From assembly GCA_020891255.1 (NCBI GenBank), contig BQFW01000010.1, positions 1,054,001 through 1,118,000 on the forward strand: 64,000 nt of DNA. Direction: 5' to 3'. Position 1 is the stretch's first letter, and every line of letters begins with the position of its first letter. Below are positions 38,499 to 49,998 of this stretch, one piece after another. The notes below the pieces were generated by a model, which had not been told where the DNA came from, did not search any database, and was given only the letters and a program-made list of their open reading frames with translations. Both the position numbers and the translations under genes were made by a program. The DNA comes from Entomortierella parvispora E1425 (Eukaryota > Fungi > Mortierellomycota).

Positions 38499-40825
38499 AT
38501 GTCCAACTACTTTTCAGTCTCCCAAGTCGCCTCCCACAACTCGGAGGTAAAAAGAGATCTCGCCTTCCTTCTATTCATAAAAAAAAAATGTCTCCGACCT
38601 CTTTTCCTTCTTTCACACTGAAACTTTTTCTGACCTACATCATTTATGAACTCGTTTTTCCTCACTGTAGAACGACTGCTGGGTCATTATCCGCGATAAG
38701 GTCTATGATGTCTCCAGCTTCTTGAACGACCATCCCGGTGGAAAGGTATAAAACCCCAGACGATAAATGAATAGAATGTGGCGTATCATTTGCGGAAAGG
38801 AATAGACTTAACGGACTAGAAGAGGCTGTGGAGAGGGCACCGGAAAAGAAGTCCGAGAAATACAACACCAAAGAGAGCCTGCCCTTTCAAGGATGCGGAG
38901 AACAAGGGAGAGCGAAAAAGTGTGGAGAAAAAGCTCAAGGCTGACAACCAAAAAAAAACTCTTTTTTATCTCCCCTCCCTTTCCTGCCCGCCAAACTAGA
39001 AAATCATCCTTAAGAACGCCGGAACGGATGCCACCAAGCAGTTTGATGCTTTCCATAACCCCGGTAGGTTGCCATGACGTTGACCCTGGACTGATGAGGT
39101 GGAGGGGTGGGAAGACACCGTGCATGCGAGTCCAGAGTCGCCCTCTGTTCCAGACGGGGGACACGGACACAAACAGGAAGAGGGGAATCGCTTGGAATGA
39201 CATGTGAAATAGCCGTCACCGCCATCTCGTCTGTTTTTTGTGTCCACGTTACTGATGTGACCCCTTCTCTCATTTATTTTATTTGCTACACAACAACAGG
39301 TGTGCTGGAGAAGTACGGTGCCCTCTGTATCGGATCCGTTGGCGAGCCTCCTAAGGAAGGTACATCCGCACCCGCCGCTGCTTCTGCTGACGACGATGAC
39401 GAGATGCAGTTCGGTGAGATGATTCCCTTCGGTGACCCATCCTGGTAATGCGCTTGACTCTGCTCCATGTCTTGTTCACGCAAAGTACTGTCCTACTGTT
39501 CGTTTTTACTGACCTACTTTATAATTATCAACCACTCCTCCTACACCAACAGGTACCAACAGTGGGGCAGCCCTTACTATAAGGAATCTCATCGCAGCCT
39601 CCGTCGCTACCTTCGCCAGTTTGTCGACACGGACATCATGCCCTTCGCACACGAGTGGGACGAGGCTAAGCAGGTACCCATGTTCTTGTTCAAGAAATGT
39701 GCCGAGATGGGTATCTTGGCTGCCGTGGCCGGTAACGGTCACTTGCCTCTGGAATACTTTGATGCCGAATCGACCACGCTCTTCCGAGGAGGTGACAAGG
39801 CTATTGTGCCTATTTCCGAGTTTGATCCCTTCCATGCCTTCATCATCTTTGATGAGCTGTCCCGCTGCGGCTCTGGCGGTGTTCTCTGGGGTATCCTCGG
39901 AGGTCTCGGTATCGGTCTTCCCCCCATTATCAAGAACGGATCTGAGGAGTTGAAGCAGAGGATCGTGCCCGACGTGTTGGCTGGACGCAAGACTATTTGC
40001 TTGGCCATCACTGAACCCCAGGCCGGCTCCGATGTCGCCAATTTGACCTGTGTTGCCAATGAGTATGGAGACGGATTCATTGTTAATGGCGAAAAGAAGT
40101 GGATCACCAACGGAACCTTCGCTGACTACTTCACGGTCGCTGTCCGCACCGGTGGTGAGGGCATGGGTGGTGTCAGTTTGTTGGTTGTGGAGCGCTCGAT
40201 GCCCGGTGTGACCACTCGTCAGATGAAGTGCTCCGGTGTGTGGTCCTCTGGAACTGCCTACATCAACTTTGAGGACGTCAAAGTGCCCCGTGCCAACATT
40301 GTCGGCAAGGAGAACCGTGGATTCAAGTACATCATGAACAACTTCAACCATGAGCGTATGGGAATTGTCATCCAGGCCAACCGCTTGGCCCGTGTCTGCC
40401 TCGAGGAGGCTATCAAGTACGGAAGCAAGCGCAAGACCTTTGGTGTCAAGCTTGTTAACCACCCAGTCCTTCGTAACAAGTTGGCCCACATGGCCCGTCA
40501 GATCGAAGCCACCCATGCTTGGACCGAGAACGTCATCTACCAGACCATGACCATGCCCGAGGACCTGCAGATGATCAAGCTCGGTGGTCCCATTGCCTTG
40601 CTTAAGGCTCAGGCCACTCAGACGCTCGAATACTGTGCCCGTGAGGCGTCCCAGATCTTTGGAGGTTTGGCTTACACTCGTGGAGGTCAGGGTGAAAAGG
40701 TTGAGCGCATTTACCGTGAGGTTCGCGCATACGCCATTCCCGGAGGATCTGAGGAGATCATGTTGGATCTCGGTATGCGTCAGTCTATGAAGGTCGCCAC
40801 TGCCATGTATGGTGCCAAGTTGTAA
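38499..40825 (+). CDS. Cytochrome b5-domain acyl-CoA dehydrogenase fusion, multi-exon
   Basis: Small exons spell VASHNSE|NDCWVIIRDKVYDVSSFLNDHPGGK|KIILKNAGTDATKQFDAFHNP (b5 heme motif HPGG). The ACAD motifs CLAITEPQAGSDVA, NGEKKWITNG, NFNHER and IPGGSEEIMLDL follow. Confidence 0.93.
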
Positions 40826-41022
40826 ATAACGTCCCACAGGTTCATCCCTTAGTAAGCATGCAATTGCTAATGACAAATCAAAATACCATTAAAAAAACAA
40901 ATCTCCTCCCTCAAGATCCCAACTTTGAAACTTGCCCATGTTGCGAGTGACGCTGTTATATTGATATGCGAAAATGGATCTATGTTCTGGAAAACTCTGT
41001 ACAGTGGATGGGGCCTGACCCT

Positions 41023-43146
41023 TTAGACACGTCTTGAAGACGTAGGCTCCTCAAGACCCATGGCAAACCTCATGATCTCAGTTTTGATTGGTCCCATATT
41101 ATCGACGGCTGTCAAGCCCAAAGACCGTGCCCATACGACAGGTCCAAAGTCAGTGTTGTAAAGCTTTGAAAGCTTGTCCACTGTTCCGAGCATGGCCAGA
41201 TTTGGGAAGAAACGCTCGCTGGAGTAGGGCGTCAGAGAATGGATGTTACCTACAAAAAGAAAGAATTGCTTGAATATTAACACCAATGCAGGATTGCTTA
41301 CAGGCGTTACACGGAAGCAGGAACTAACCGATATCTGATCCGCTGAGAAGACCTTGCTCAATAACGCGAGCCAAGCACTCTACATCCGCCAACCCTTGGT
41401 TCAGTCCTTGTCCTGCAAGAGGATGCACAGTGTGGGCGGCGTCACTACAGAGTGGAGACAAAAAGGAATTAATGCAAGCTCACTTTGGTAATCATCAAAG
41501 AAATGCCAAATGAAAACAAAGAAGAGGACTTACCCAACCAAAACGACGCGATCTTCAACATAGCTGTTTGAGTTCCTCATTCTCAATGGGAAGGGGGCTC
41601 TCGTGTTTTCCTGCACATCAACAACCTTGGGAGCCTTGTAATCCTCGCGTCCGCGGTTGATACCACCCTTTTCAGCGTCCTGGACGCTTGCCCTCCACTC
41701 GATTTCGCTCTGGAAATCCACCAAAGGTTGCCCATCTGGCCCAATGTTCTTGCAAAGGTACTCCAACTCGGCGGGGCTGGCATTAAACGCAGCATTCACC
41801 AAAGCACAAAACTCCTTTGCGGGCAGTTTCTTAAGATCCTGCGCGATTTTTGGTGTTGTAGACCAGACCAAACTTGCGAATCCATTGTTCAGCTACGACA
41901 AGAAAATGTGAAGAGGGCGCAAGATATTGAATATAAGTGGGACGTTCCGTTGCTATGCAGGATAAGTCACGAATAGGTACTTACTGGCAACATTGCAATA
42001 GGTCCAGTTGGCAGGAATCTCTGCCAAGCGATTCCTTTACCTTGATCAGGTGCTGTTGAGGTTGAGGGATCGATCTGCAGTGTCGCGACTAATCCAAACT
42101 GTGAATAATCCCAGCCAAGAGACTCGATCTTGGCAAATGTCCGTACGGGCGAGTTCACGCCGTCGGCTCCCACCAACAGTCTTGTCTGTAGCTTTCTGCC
42201 ATTGTCAAGTTGGATCACCGGCCAGTCAGAGATATCGACCGATGCATCAGACTCCTGTCCTGAGGATGTGTTGGAGCTGATATCCTGAACCTTGGTCCGT
42301 TCAAAAATGTCAAGTTGAATGCCACGGGCCTTGTGAGCCAGGATCTGCTTTTGAAGTCCGTACTGAACATGTAGATTCTCGGTCATGTAAGCTAACGGAG
42401 AGGATTCTTGCTCCTTGGAGAAATCGGGTTGTTGTTGCTGATCATCGAAAAACTCGGCTGATGATGCCGGGGTACTACTGGCGCCAGAAAACACCTGGCG
42501 CAGAAAACTCGAGCGCGTTGAGTCTTTCTTAGCGTCCGCTCCATCAAACGTGATCCTGGCGCCACTGACACCATCCCAGACCTGCATACCCTCACAGGGC
42601 GCAACTCTGGACAAATCCAACTCGGACCAGACACCGATCTGCTTCAAAAATAGAACGGATCGAGGAGTCAAGGAAGAGACACGGTTGGAGTATTGATCTG
42701 GCTTCGGGGACCATTGCATATGACCACTGAGATCAAATGCCTCAATCAAGGCAATCTTTTGAGTCCCAGAAGCTCTTCCAGATGCTGCGAGAAAGAAGAA
42801 ACCCAGAAAATGATACGAGAACGGGGGGTTAGGCTCTTCGTTTCGTTTCGTCTGTCCTTGTCACCAAGTCGACTTGTCTCTTACCAAGAGCACAAGCCAA
42901 TGCACTTCCAGCGATGCCACCTCCGACGATGACAACATCGTACTGCTCAGGCGTTCCATTCAGTGAATTAGAAGCATCATTGCCTGCGGATCCTGATTGT
43001 GAAGAAGAAGAGAATCGTACTGTGGATGTCGCGCGTTGCGCCGAAATGAAAGGTGACGAAGCCCGGAAGGCGGCCCTCGCAGCAGACGCAGTTGAGGCCT
43101 TGGTCCGTACTGCAGCGGCTAGGTGAGAAAGCGTACCAGCAGTCAT
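41023..43146 (-). CDS. COQ6: Ubiquinone biosynthesis FAD monooxygenase Coq6, multi-exon
   Basis: A mitochondrial-type leader, then YDVVIVGGGIAGSALACAL, RVSSLTP, LLVGADGVNSPVR, AWQRFLPTGPIAMLP, RAPFPLR and RVVLVG. Confidence 0.93.
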
Positions 43147-43374
43147 GGGAAAGAAAGATGGTCGTTGGTTGGAAAACGAAAGGATGGGAGGATGGAAGGG
43201 AACGAATGAAGGAACGCAGGAACGCTTAGCATGCAATGTAGCTTGGTCGGACACAGACCTTCTTTGCGCCGTTTGCGGACACTTTCGTGATCGCCCTGTC
43301 ATGTGACGCTATTTGTGTAAAGTAAAAATCGGACCCGTATAATCGTAATTTGAATATAAAGAGGTAGTATCGGT

Positions 43375-43771
43375 GGAGGTCGTCCCAGATCTGGATGGGA
43401 GTCCAAACTTGCTGGACTGGCCTGAATCTTCCTAGACTGTGGGACACAGCCTGTTTTTTAAAAGCACGCTTTGTTCGTGCAGGTATCGCTGGGTCGCTCT
43501 GTAGGGAATAGTCCTCCCTTCGCCTCCAGAAATATTCAGGAATAAACAAGAAAGAATGTGCCTCCCAGCTCCCAGTGGCCACCGAGTTAGAGAGGAACCG
43601 CACGCTGCAGCCAAAGAGGCCTGACTCTCGTACCAGCCCTTGTAGGAAACACTCAAACCCACACCAGCGGCGGACGACAGAGCCTGACTGCTTTTTGATT
43701 TTTTTTTTATTTCTCAGGAGAGCAGGAAGCCCAATGTGTGGCCTGAGTCTGTCAGACCCAGAACAACCCCC
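43375..43771. repeat. Left 397-bp direct repeat (MITE-like, imperfect TIRs)
   Basis: Runs GGAGGTCGTCCC...AGAACAACCCCC. The ends are an imperfect inverted repeat (13/19 matches, all mismatches transitions). It contains four same-strand RGCCTGANT(C/G) motifs. Confidence 0.95.
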
Positions 43772-43821
43772 TTCTAGTCTCTCCAAAAAGCCGTTCTCAG
43801 AGAAGCCATGTTCCAAGTCGC

Positions 43822-43892
43822 GCACGGGCCACGGTGGGTAAGATTCAGAGTCGTTCTTAGAGAGCTACTCTGCATCCTACCCACCGGCTAAA
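43822..43892 (-). repeat. Hairpin unit copy 1 (19-bp stem 43833-43851/43867-43885)
   Basis: Reverse complement of the units at 47637 and 50788; lies just 3' of the primase-helicase stop codon. Confidence 0.92.
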
Positions 43893-43907
43893 TATTATGC
43901 CGGGTTT

Positions 43908-46900
43908 TTAGAACCCCGTGGTTACTGTGCTGAACGCGGCTCGAGGGCTGTTGTTTTTCGACCCAACTTTCGAATGGTGCTTGAGTATATACTTCTCCGA
44001 ACGCTTGTTAACCGCAGAGATTTTGGTCCCGAGGACTGCATGCAGAATGGTGTTGATGTACGATAGCTTGTTCCTGAATGACCAATTGTTGTGTGTGGGT
44101 CTTTCGCGCTTTAGTGTGGTGCAGATTTGCTTCATCCCGCTTTCGAGGTCTGGCCATATCACATCAAGCCCCTTCTTGAGATCCGTCGCCAGAACCTCGT
44201 TCGCCGCAAACGTGTCAGTGAACCCGAATGCAGTCAAGATATCGACCACAAATTCCAGCTTCACGAACCGGGACTGTTCTAGCCTATTGTGCGCCTCAGC
44301 CGATGTCACATTCCCCAGACTATACTGAAACGCCATAGCTTCACACTGCTGGGGAAGTGCGAGGCAGTCGTGTAAAGTCTTGCCAGGGGGTACTGACAGA
44401 GCCTGAAGGTTCTTGAAGCATTCCTTCTCATGTGGTTTATCATACGTCGCGACCCATTCTTCTGTTACTGTGCTGTGTTCCTGAACACCGTACGTCCGCA
44501 TGAGCGCGAACTTGTGCACTGACGCTCGCTGTGCTGCATCCAGGTCTTGGAAGCCAGACGACAGCTGTTCGAACTCGTCTGCACTGATGGACGCTGCACT
44601 CGCGATCTGCTGGTTCCTAGCAGCTGTTATCTCGGCCTTTTTTTTTCTAGGCTACTCACGATTGGATCGTCTTTGTCAAGCTTGTCGTCTTGATATGTCA
44701 CAACGCAGCCAGCTTGAGTAAACCTCGTTGCCAGCCGCAACCTAAAATTGTTCATCGAGAGGTGCTTCAGGGAGGTGACATGGCAGTACATGCGGTGGAA
44801 CAAGTCGTCAGGGAGCTTCAGCTTAGTGTTGTCATCAAAAGTAAACTTCAGCGTAGGGCTCAACTGGCTTACGCCGGTGACAATGTCAACCTGCTTGCAG
44901 AGCCAGCTCTTGATCTCTTCTGGAAGAACTGGGAGGTTGTTGGTCTTAGCATCTGCATACACCAAATACGTCTTGGACTTGACGTGTCGCGTGCGTCGCA
45001 TCATCTGCATGCTGGTTTCGACATCCACAGTCTGTGAGCTGAACAGACCGATCACGTAGTCCACTCCATCCTCAGAATCGTAGTTGACACCCACGCTGAC
45101 GGTCGGGGTGTGGATAAAATAGTCGAGCCCTTTCATGATAGTGTTGATGCTCCTACCGACGTCTTTCTTTACGCTCTCAGGCGTGTTTTTTGTCACGCAA
45201 ACGCCCTTGAACTCAGCTTTCTCGAACTCAGCATGCACAGCCTCCGTGTTTTCTGCGCTCATCGTGCTTGAGATCCACAGCCGCTTGCCAGCCTTGAGTA
45301 ACTCCAGTGCTTCTTTGATCAGTTTTAGCTTGTCCGTGAACAGTACTACTTTATCGTCCTTCTGCTGCTGGAACGTGTTGTCGATGACCACAAAATCGCT
45401 TCGGAGGCTCTTCATGATCTCGACCTCCTCCTCGCACAGGTCAGCGTCGAGGCAAATCACGCGTTTCGCGCGTCGGATGAGCAGCTCGAACACCTGGAGA
45501 TTCAGGTTGTGCACGTTTCCCATTGTCTTGTCGCTGCACATCTGCTTGATCAGCGAGCTGAGCTCGTCCAGGATCAGGATCGTGCCCTCGTCGACGTAAG
45601 CTTTCAAGTTGAGCCTGAAAAGCGACTCAGCTTGCACAACAAGTCTCCTGCAGTCTATTTGGCCTGGGATATTCTGATAGTTCTCAAAGTCCAGCCGCGC
45701 TTCCAACATTTCCGCTAGTGTCCGACGACACGAGATTGCGACGAACCGGGGCTTCGGATTGGCCTTCACAATGGCTTTGGCATTGGCTTTAACAAGGGCT
45801 TCTGTGAAATTAGTCTTGCCGCCGCCTGTGTCGCAGCGGATCAGTAGACTGGGCGGCTGTTGAGAGTCTCCTGGAAGAGGAGAGAGGAGACGGTAAGTCA
45901 GGTATCGTGCGTCATCCTTTATGTCAGCGCAGGAGAGCCCTCGTGGCACTGCAGAGCTTGTCTCAATTCCAGAAGCCAGACTGATGTCTTGTTTGAACAG
46001 CTCAAGGCCCTTTAGACCCTCAGCCCGATGGCAGTGAAAGAAGATGGCACCAGACCTTGTGAGCTTCAGATACGCATTCTCGTGCTCGTGCTTCCTGTCA
46101 CAAACAACACAGTCCCCAGGTGTCTTGCGCTGCAGCTTGAAAATCATGGCTCGGTCAGGGATGCACTGCATCTCGAACTGCGCTGCGTGTGGTGTCTGTT
46201 CAAACTTGGCTCGCACCGCATCCACGATGTGCTTAGGAAGACTCGACACGACAGCAGCGTCCTGTTTGGCCTTTGACGAGGCCGTAAACAGGGATCGAGG
46301 AGCTTGCACAATCGAGGTCACCTTGCAGCTGGGCACTTTGGCACAATCTGGATCGACATTGGTGATCAGAAACTCGTGGTCCTCAGCAGCTACAGAAGGC
46401 TCGTGCCATTGTGCTCGCTTGAGTGGGCGGCTTGGATCCTTAGCCTTGTGGCTCCCAGAATGCGCATGTTCCGGTTGCGGCTATAGACTTTGTCATCGAT
46501 GTGGTCGAGAAGCTCTGCGTCCTCTGTTGTGCGCCAGAATGCCTGAAACGCAAGAAAGAACGCCTTCATGTGGCAGTGGTTGTTCTCAAACACGAATTTA
46601 GGCACCACAATGTGTAGTGACACCTTTTTTTTTTCGCTCTTCGACGAGCTGAGCACGCGGCAATCCGCCTCATCAAGCGCAACCTCGGGTGCATACTGGT
46701 TGCGTACGCACAGGAAAGCTGCAAAAAGCTGCTTCTCTCGCCTCTGCAATTCGGCCTCGTCAGCAGGCTCATCGAGCTCCCAGTCGATGTCATAATACTC
46801 TTTGCACGCCTGGCCTTCGCGTATCAGCTCATAGAAGCATCGCTTGGCCTCTGGGATGGAGTCGTAGGCTGTGAGGAAGGCTGTCTCGTCCCTGTAGCTC

Positions 46901-47049
46901 GAGTACTCGTTCCCATACACTGCACCGTCGTTGACAACCACAAAGAAGCTGTGAGACTTCTGGTCGCTCCATTCGTAACATCTGTCTTGTGGGCCTTTTT
47001 TCTGATCCTTGCTGAACTTGAAAAATGTGGAGTCGAATTTGTTGTTCAT
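43908..47049 (-). pseudogene. AEP primase + Zn-finger + UL9/origin-binding-protein-like SF2 helicase fusion (~1047 aa reconstructed; two single-base frameshifts)
   Basis: AEP motifs RCFYELIREGQACKEYYDID, KVSLHI and IDDKVYSRNRNMR. Zn-binding CVVCDRKHEHENAY...FFHCHR. Helicase motifs IRCDTGGGKT, ISCRRTLA, VVQAESLFRL, ILILDELSS, HTPTVSVGVNY and QMMRRTR. Adding one base at 46454-46456 and one in the T9 run at 44638-44646 joins ORFs 46390-47049, 44627-46336 and 43908-44519. Confidence 0.82.
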
Positions 47050-47272
47050 GTTGAGTAGTAAAGAAGGGTTTTATGAACCGCGGCAGGGCCGATCATTTTT
47101 GCTGAGTTACGGCGCGTGGCAGTGCCAGATCACATGATTCAGCTGTGACTGTTTCTGATGCGCGTCATCATCAACAAACGAAATGGGGCCTTTCATACCT
47201 CTCTTCCACCATTCACACCACCTTCCATTCCTCATTCACCCACTCCCTTCCTCCACAATCAATCACTCCTCC

Positions 47273-48921
47273 ATGGCGGCAGACACACTCACACTCTTCT
47301 GTCTCATCAGTGGCGAGCTTCTATCCACAGCATTCCCCGTCGAAGTGGCGTCGAGTAAAACAGTTGGCGCACTCAAAAAGGCCGTCTTTGAAGAGAAACC
47401 AAATGCGTTCGAGCACATTGACGCCAACGACTTGGTGCTCTGGCAAGCCACGGTCCCCATCGACGAAAATGCAGGACCCAAGAGAATCATTACTCACAGC
47501 ACTCTCGACGACAAGACGCAGCTTGACAACCCAAGGATAAGCCTTTCTAAGCTGTTCCCCGAGAGTCTTGACGACAGCACATATATCATTGTCGAGCGAC
47601 CAAAGGTACGACGCCCATGTTTTCCCGGAGGTCAAGTTTACCCGGTGGGTAGGATGCAGAGTAGCTCTCTAAGAAACGACTCTGAATCCTACCCACCTGG
47701 CCCGTGCACGGCTTACTAATCAGGTCTTTTCTAAAATACTAGGCACAAAGCACGCCACAGACGCTCGAGCTGGAGGCGAAGATGGAGGAGCTGCTAATGG
47801 AGCTTGAGGATCTGCGTGGAGGCAAGAGCACTGTTACATTCAACGTGATTGTGCGACCCAACCGTACTGAGGGCTTCCCATGGACGACAGACATAGAGAC
47901 CGCGACTGTCGAGAAGCTTGAGAAAGCCATTTACGCAGCGCATCCGGACAGGGAGGACGGTGATGTTGTGGTGGGAATTATTCATTCGAGTAGGGGTAAT
48001 AAGGAGTACCCCAGTGACCATGCACACTTCCGCGACATCCTTCAGCAGTACCGAAGAACGAGCACCAGGACAATAACAGTGGTGCTGGAGACACCGACAA
48101 AGAAGTATACCGACTTCACGCTCAAGGAGGTCAACACCCTCTATGACATTTCTAACATGGACTCTCCCAACATTTCTGACCTGCCGCCCTTCAAGGACAT
48201 CTCCACTGAGGCTCTCGATTCAGACTTACACAAAGAGTCTCTGCGACGACTGCTTGATGAGCTCGATTCCAGGATACGGGCGATACCAACAGACACCATT
48301 TCCAACGAGGCCACATGCTCTGCCTATGTCTGCTCGTTCCTCACACAGGCTGTTTTAATTTTTAATGGCGAGCTGACACTTGCTCCAGAGAGGCCGCTGC
48401 GAGGCAAGAATGGCCACGGAAAGGTGGATTACGCGATCGAGGCGCTTGCTAAAGATGGCACGAGACACGTCCTGGGCGTCACAGAGGTGAAGCACGAGAA
48501 CTATAAAAAGGGGCTGGCGCAGAACTTCGTGCAGCTGGAGTCAGCACTGACTGTGAGGAAGCGCAAGCACAGCACCGACGACGACGATGATGATTATAAA
48601 GATGGAGGGCAAGAAGAGGACAACTCGGGGCCCCTGAGGGCGTATGGGATTGTCACTGACGCCTCGTACTGGTTTTTTGTGGAGTGCACTATCGACCCAT
48701 CGCAAGACTCAGGGGAGCGCCCAAGGTTCAGGATTTCGAGGCTGAAGGATATCGTCAACTACAACAAGGACACCTGGAGAGCTGAAGCTGAGTCTGTGCT
48801 GGGACATGTTGTGTGGCTCATGAGGAAGATGCACTCGGAAACCCCAGCACGCGAGCTCAGGACCAAAAAACAGAAGTTCAGCGCAGCTGAGCAGTCTGCA
48901 AGCAAGATGGTGCGCGTGTAG
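47273..48921 (+). CDS. Crinkler (CRN)-type effector with PD-(D/E)XK REase-like C-terminal domain, 503 aa; intron 47606-47742
   Basis: N-terminus TLTLFCLISGE...AFPVEV...TVGALKKAV...IDANDLVLW is the CRN ubiquitin-like header. The C-terminus has NEAT, GHGKVDYAI, GVTEVK...GLAQNFVQLES and YGIVTDASYWFF. The phase-0 GTACGA...TACTAG intron joins the exons in frame. Confidence 0.85.
47637..47707 (+). repeat. Hairpin unit copy 2 (stem 47644-47662/47679-47697), inside the CRN intron
   Basis: GGTGGGTAGGATGCAGAGT-AGCTCTCTAAGAAACG-ACTCTGAATCCTACCCACC followed by TGGCCCGTGC. Confidence 0.92.
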
Positions 48922-49247
48922 CCTTTTCAAAACACTCGTGCACCGGAGACCATAGTGTACTTCTAGTCGACATGTAACATAAAATATCATACCATTTTTC
49001 TGATTTCAAAATTTTGTCTGGGAGTGGTAGCAGTGGTAGCAGTCAAATATAGAGGGGCAACCAATTAGAGAGGGATCAGAAGGGCAGGACCAACAAGCGG
49101 AAGTTTGATACGACACAGCAGTCTACAAGCAAGATTGTTCGCGTGTAGCTCAGGGGCCGCACTACCACTTTTATATAATAAAAGAGTTCTAGAAAGAAGC
49201 CAGTCGGATTTCCCAGAAGAGCCCCTGCGAACATTGCTGGGCACAGT

Positions 49248-49743
49248 TTAGTTTTCCTTTAGAGACTTGACATCCAGGCGATCGTTGTCTTTGCCAGCGG
49301 GAAACGCATCCTCATAAGCGTCCTTGCTCATGTGGGTGGCGTTCCGCGCCAAAAAAATCGGTGAGTTTGGTGTTGAGATCAGTCAGGGGCATGGGCCTTG
49401 AACACTGGAACGAAAAGTGGTCCCCTCTCTCGTACAACAAGACAAGGTCAGCTGGGATCGAAGTACCCTCCTCAATAATGAAAATGTCGACGTCCGTATC
49501 GCCGAAACTGTCAGCTATATCATGAAAAGTCGTGCTGTACGGCGATCGAAGAGAGCAACCGTTTGGGTGCGTCCACTGTTTTTGTGTGGGAGGAATAGGC
49601 TCAACAGTGCTGTTTTTTGTAAGAAGATCAAACGGGCCTTTCTTCTTGACAAGCTTATCCCGTAGGTTGACTTTGGTCCCTGACTGGATTCTAGCCAGCG
49701 TGGCTGGAAAAAACTTGGTGAACCTCTTGATTGGAGTCGACAT
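49248..49743 (-). CDS. Tse2-like ADP-ribosyltransferase-fold toxin domain protein (164 aa after removing one T from a T7 run)
   Basis: FPATLARIQ...LRD, HPNGCSLRSP, IFIIEEGTSIPADLVLLYERGDHFSFQ and MPLTDLNTKLTDF match the fungal Tse2-like family pattern from memory. Deleting one base of the run at 49351-49357 gives the tail FLARNATHMSKDAYEDAFP...* with the stop at 49248. Confidence 0.6.
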
Positions 49744-49998
49744 AATGGTGTGAAGTGGAAGAAGAAACGTTGCGTCCAAAAGATTCCTTTGTGACGCAAA
49801 AAAATGAAGTCACGCTCATTCAAGGCGTGAAAAAACGATCACAATCGCATCGTTATCGCATCTCATCTTACTTCGCCATGCTTCCAGCTTCGCCATGCTG
49901 CAGCGGACTTAAAAAGCGCCATGGAGGCCTCCATTCGCCATTTTTTTGGCTCTCCATTCCTCATTCACCTCCTCCCCACCTACCACCCACACTGAACC

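Noticed and set aside
38499-39450. Cytochrome b5/acyl-CoA dehydrogenase fusion as a novelty
   Set aside because: This architecture is already known in fungi.
2-40825. Heme-themed or translation-themed gene cluster (HRI-like kinase, heme oxygenase, b5-ACAD; SLX9, CCA1, ELP3, eEF2)
   Set aside because: The genes are dispersed among unrelated housekeeping genes with no shared regulatory motif seen; consistent with chance.
39506-40876. 456-aa ORF on the - strand
   Set aside because: Antisense shadow of the codon-biased acyl-CoA dehydrogenase exon.
43772-43790. CTCTCCAA seen inside both repeats (after the left and before the right) as an inner TSD
   Set aside because: It is offset 7 nt from the left repeat, and on the right it belongs to the TTAGCTCT stutter; not convincing.
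47637-47720. Hairpins as Helitron 3' ends
   Set aside because: None of the three copies is followed by CTRR at the expected distance, and no HUH/Pif1 motifs are present.
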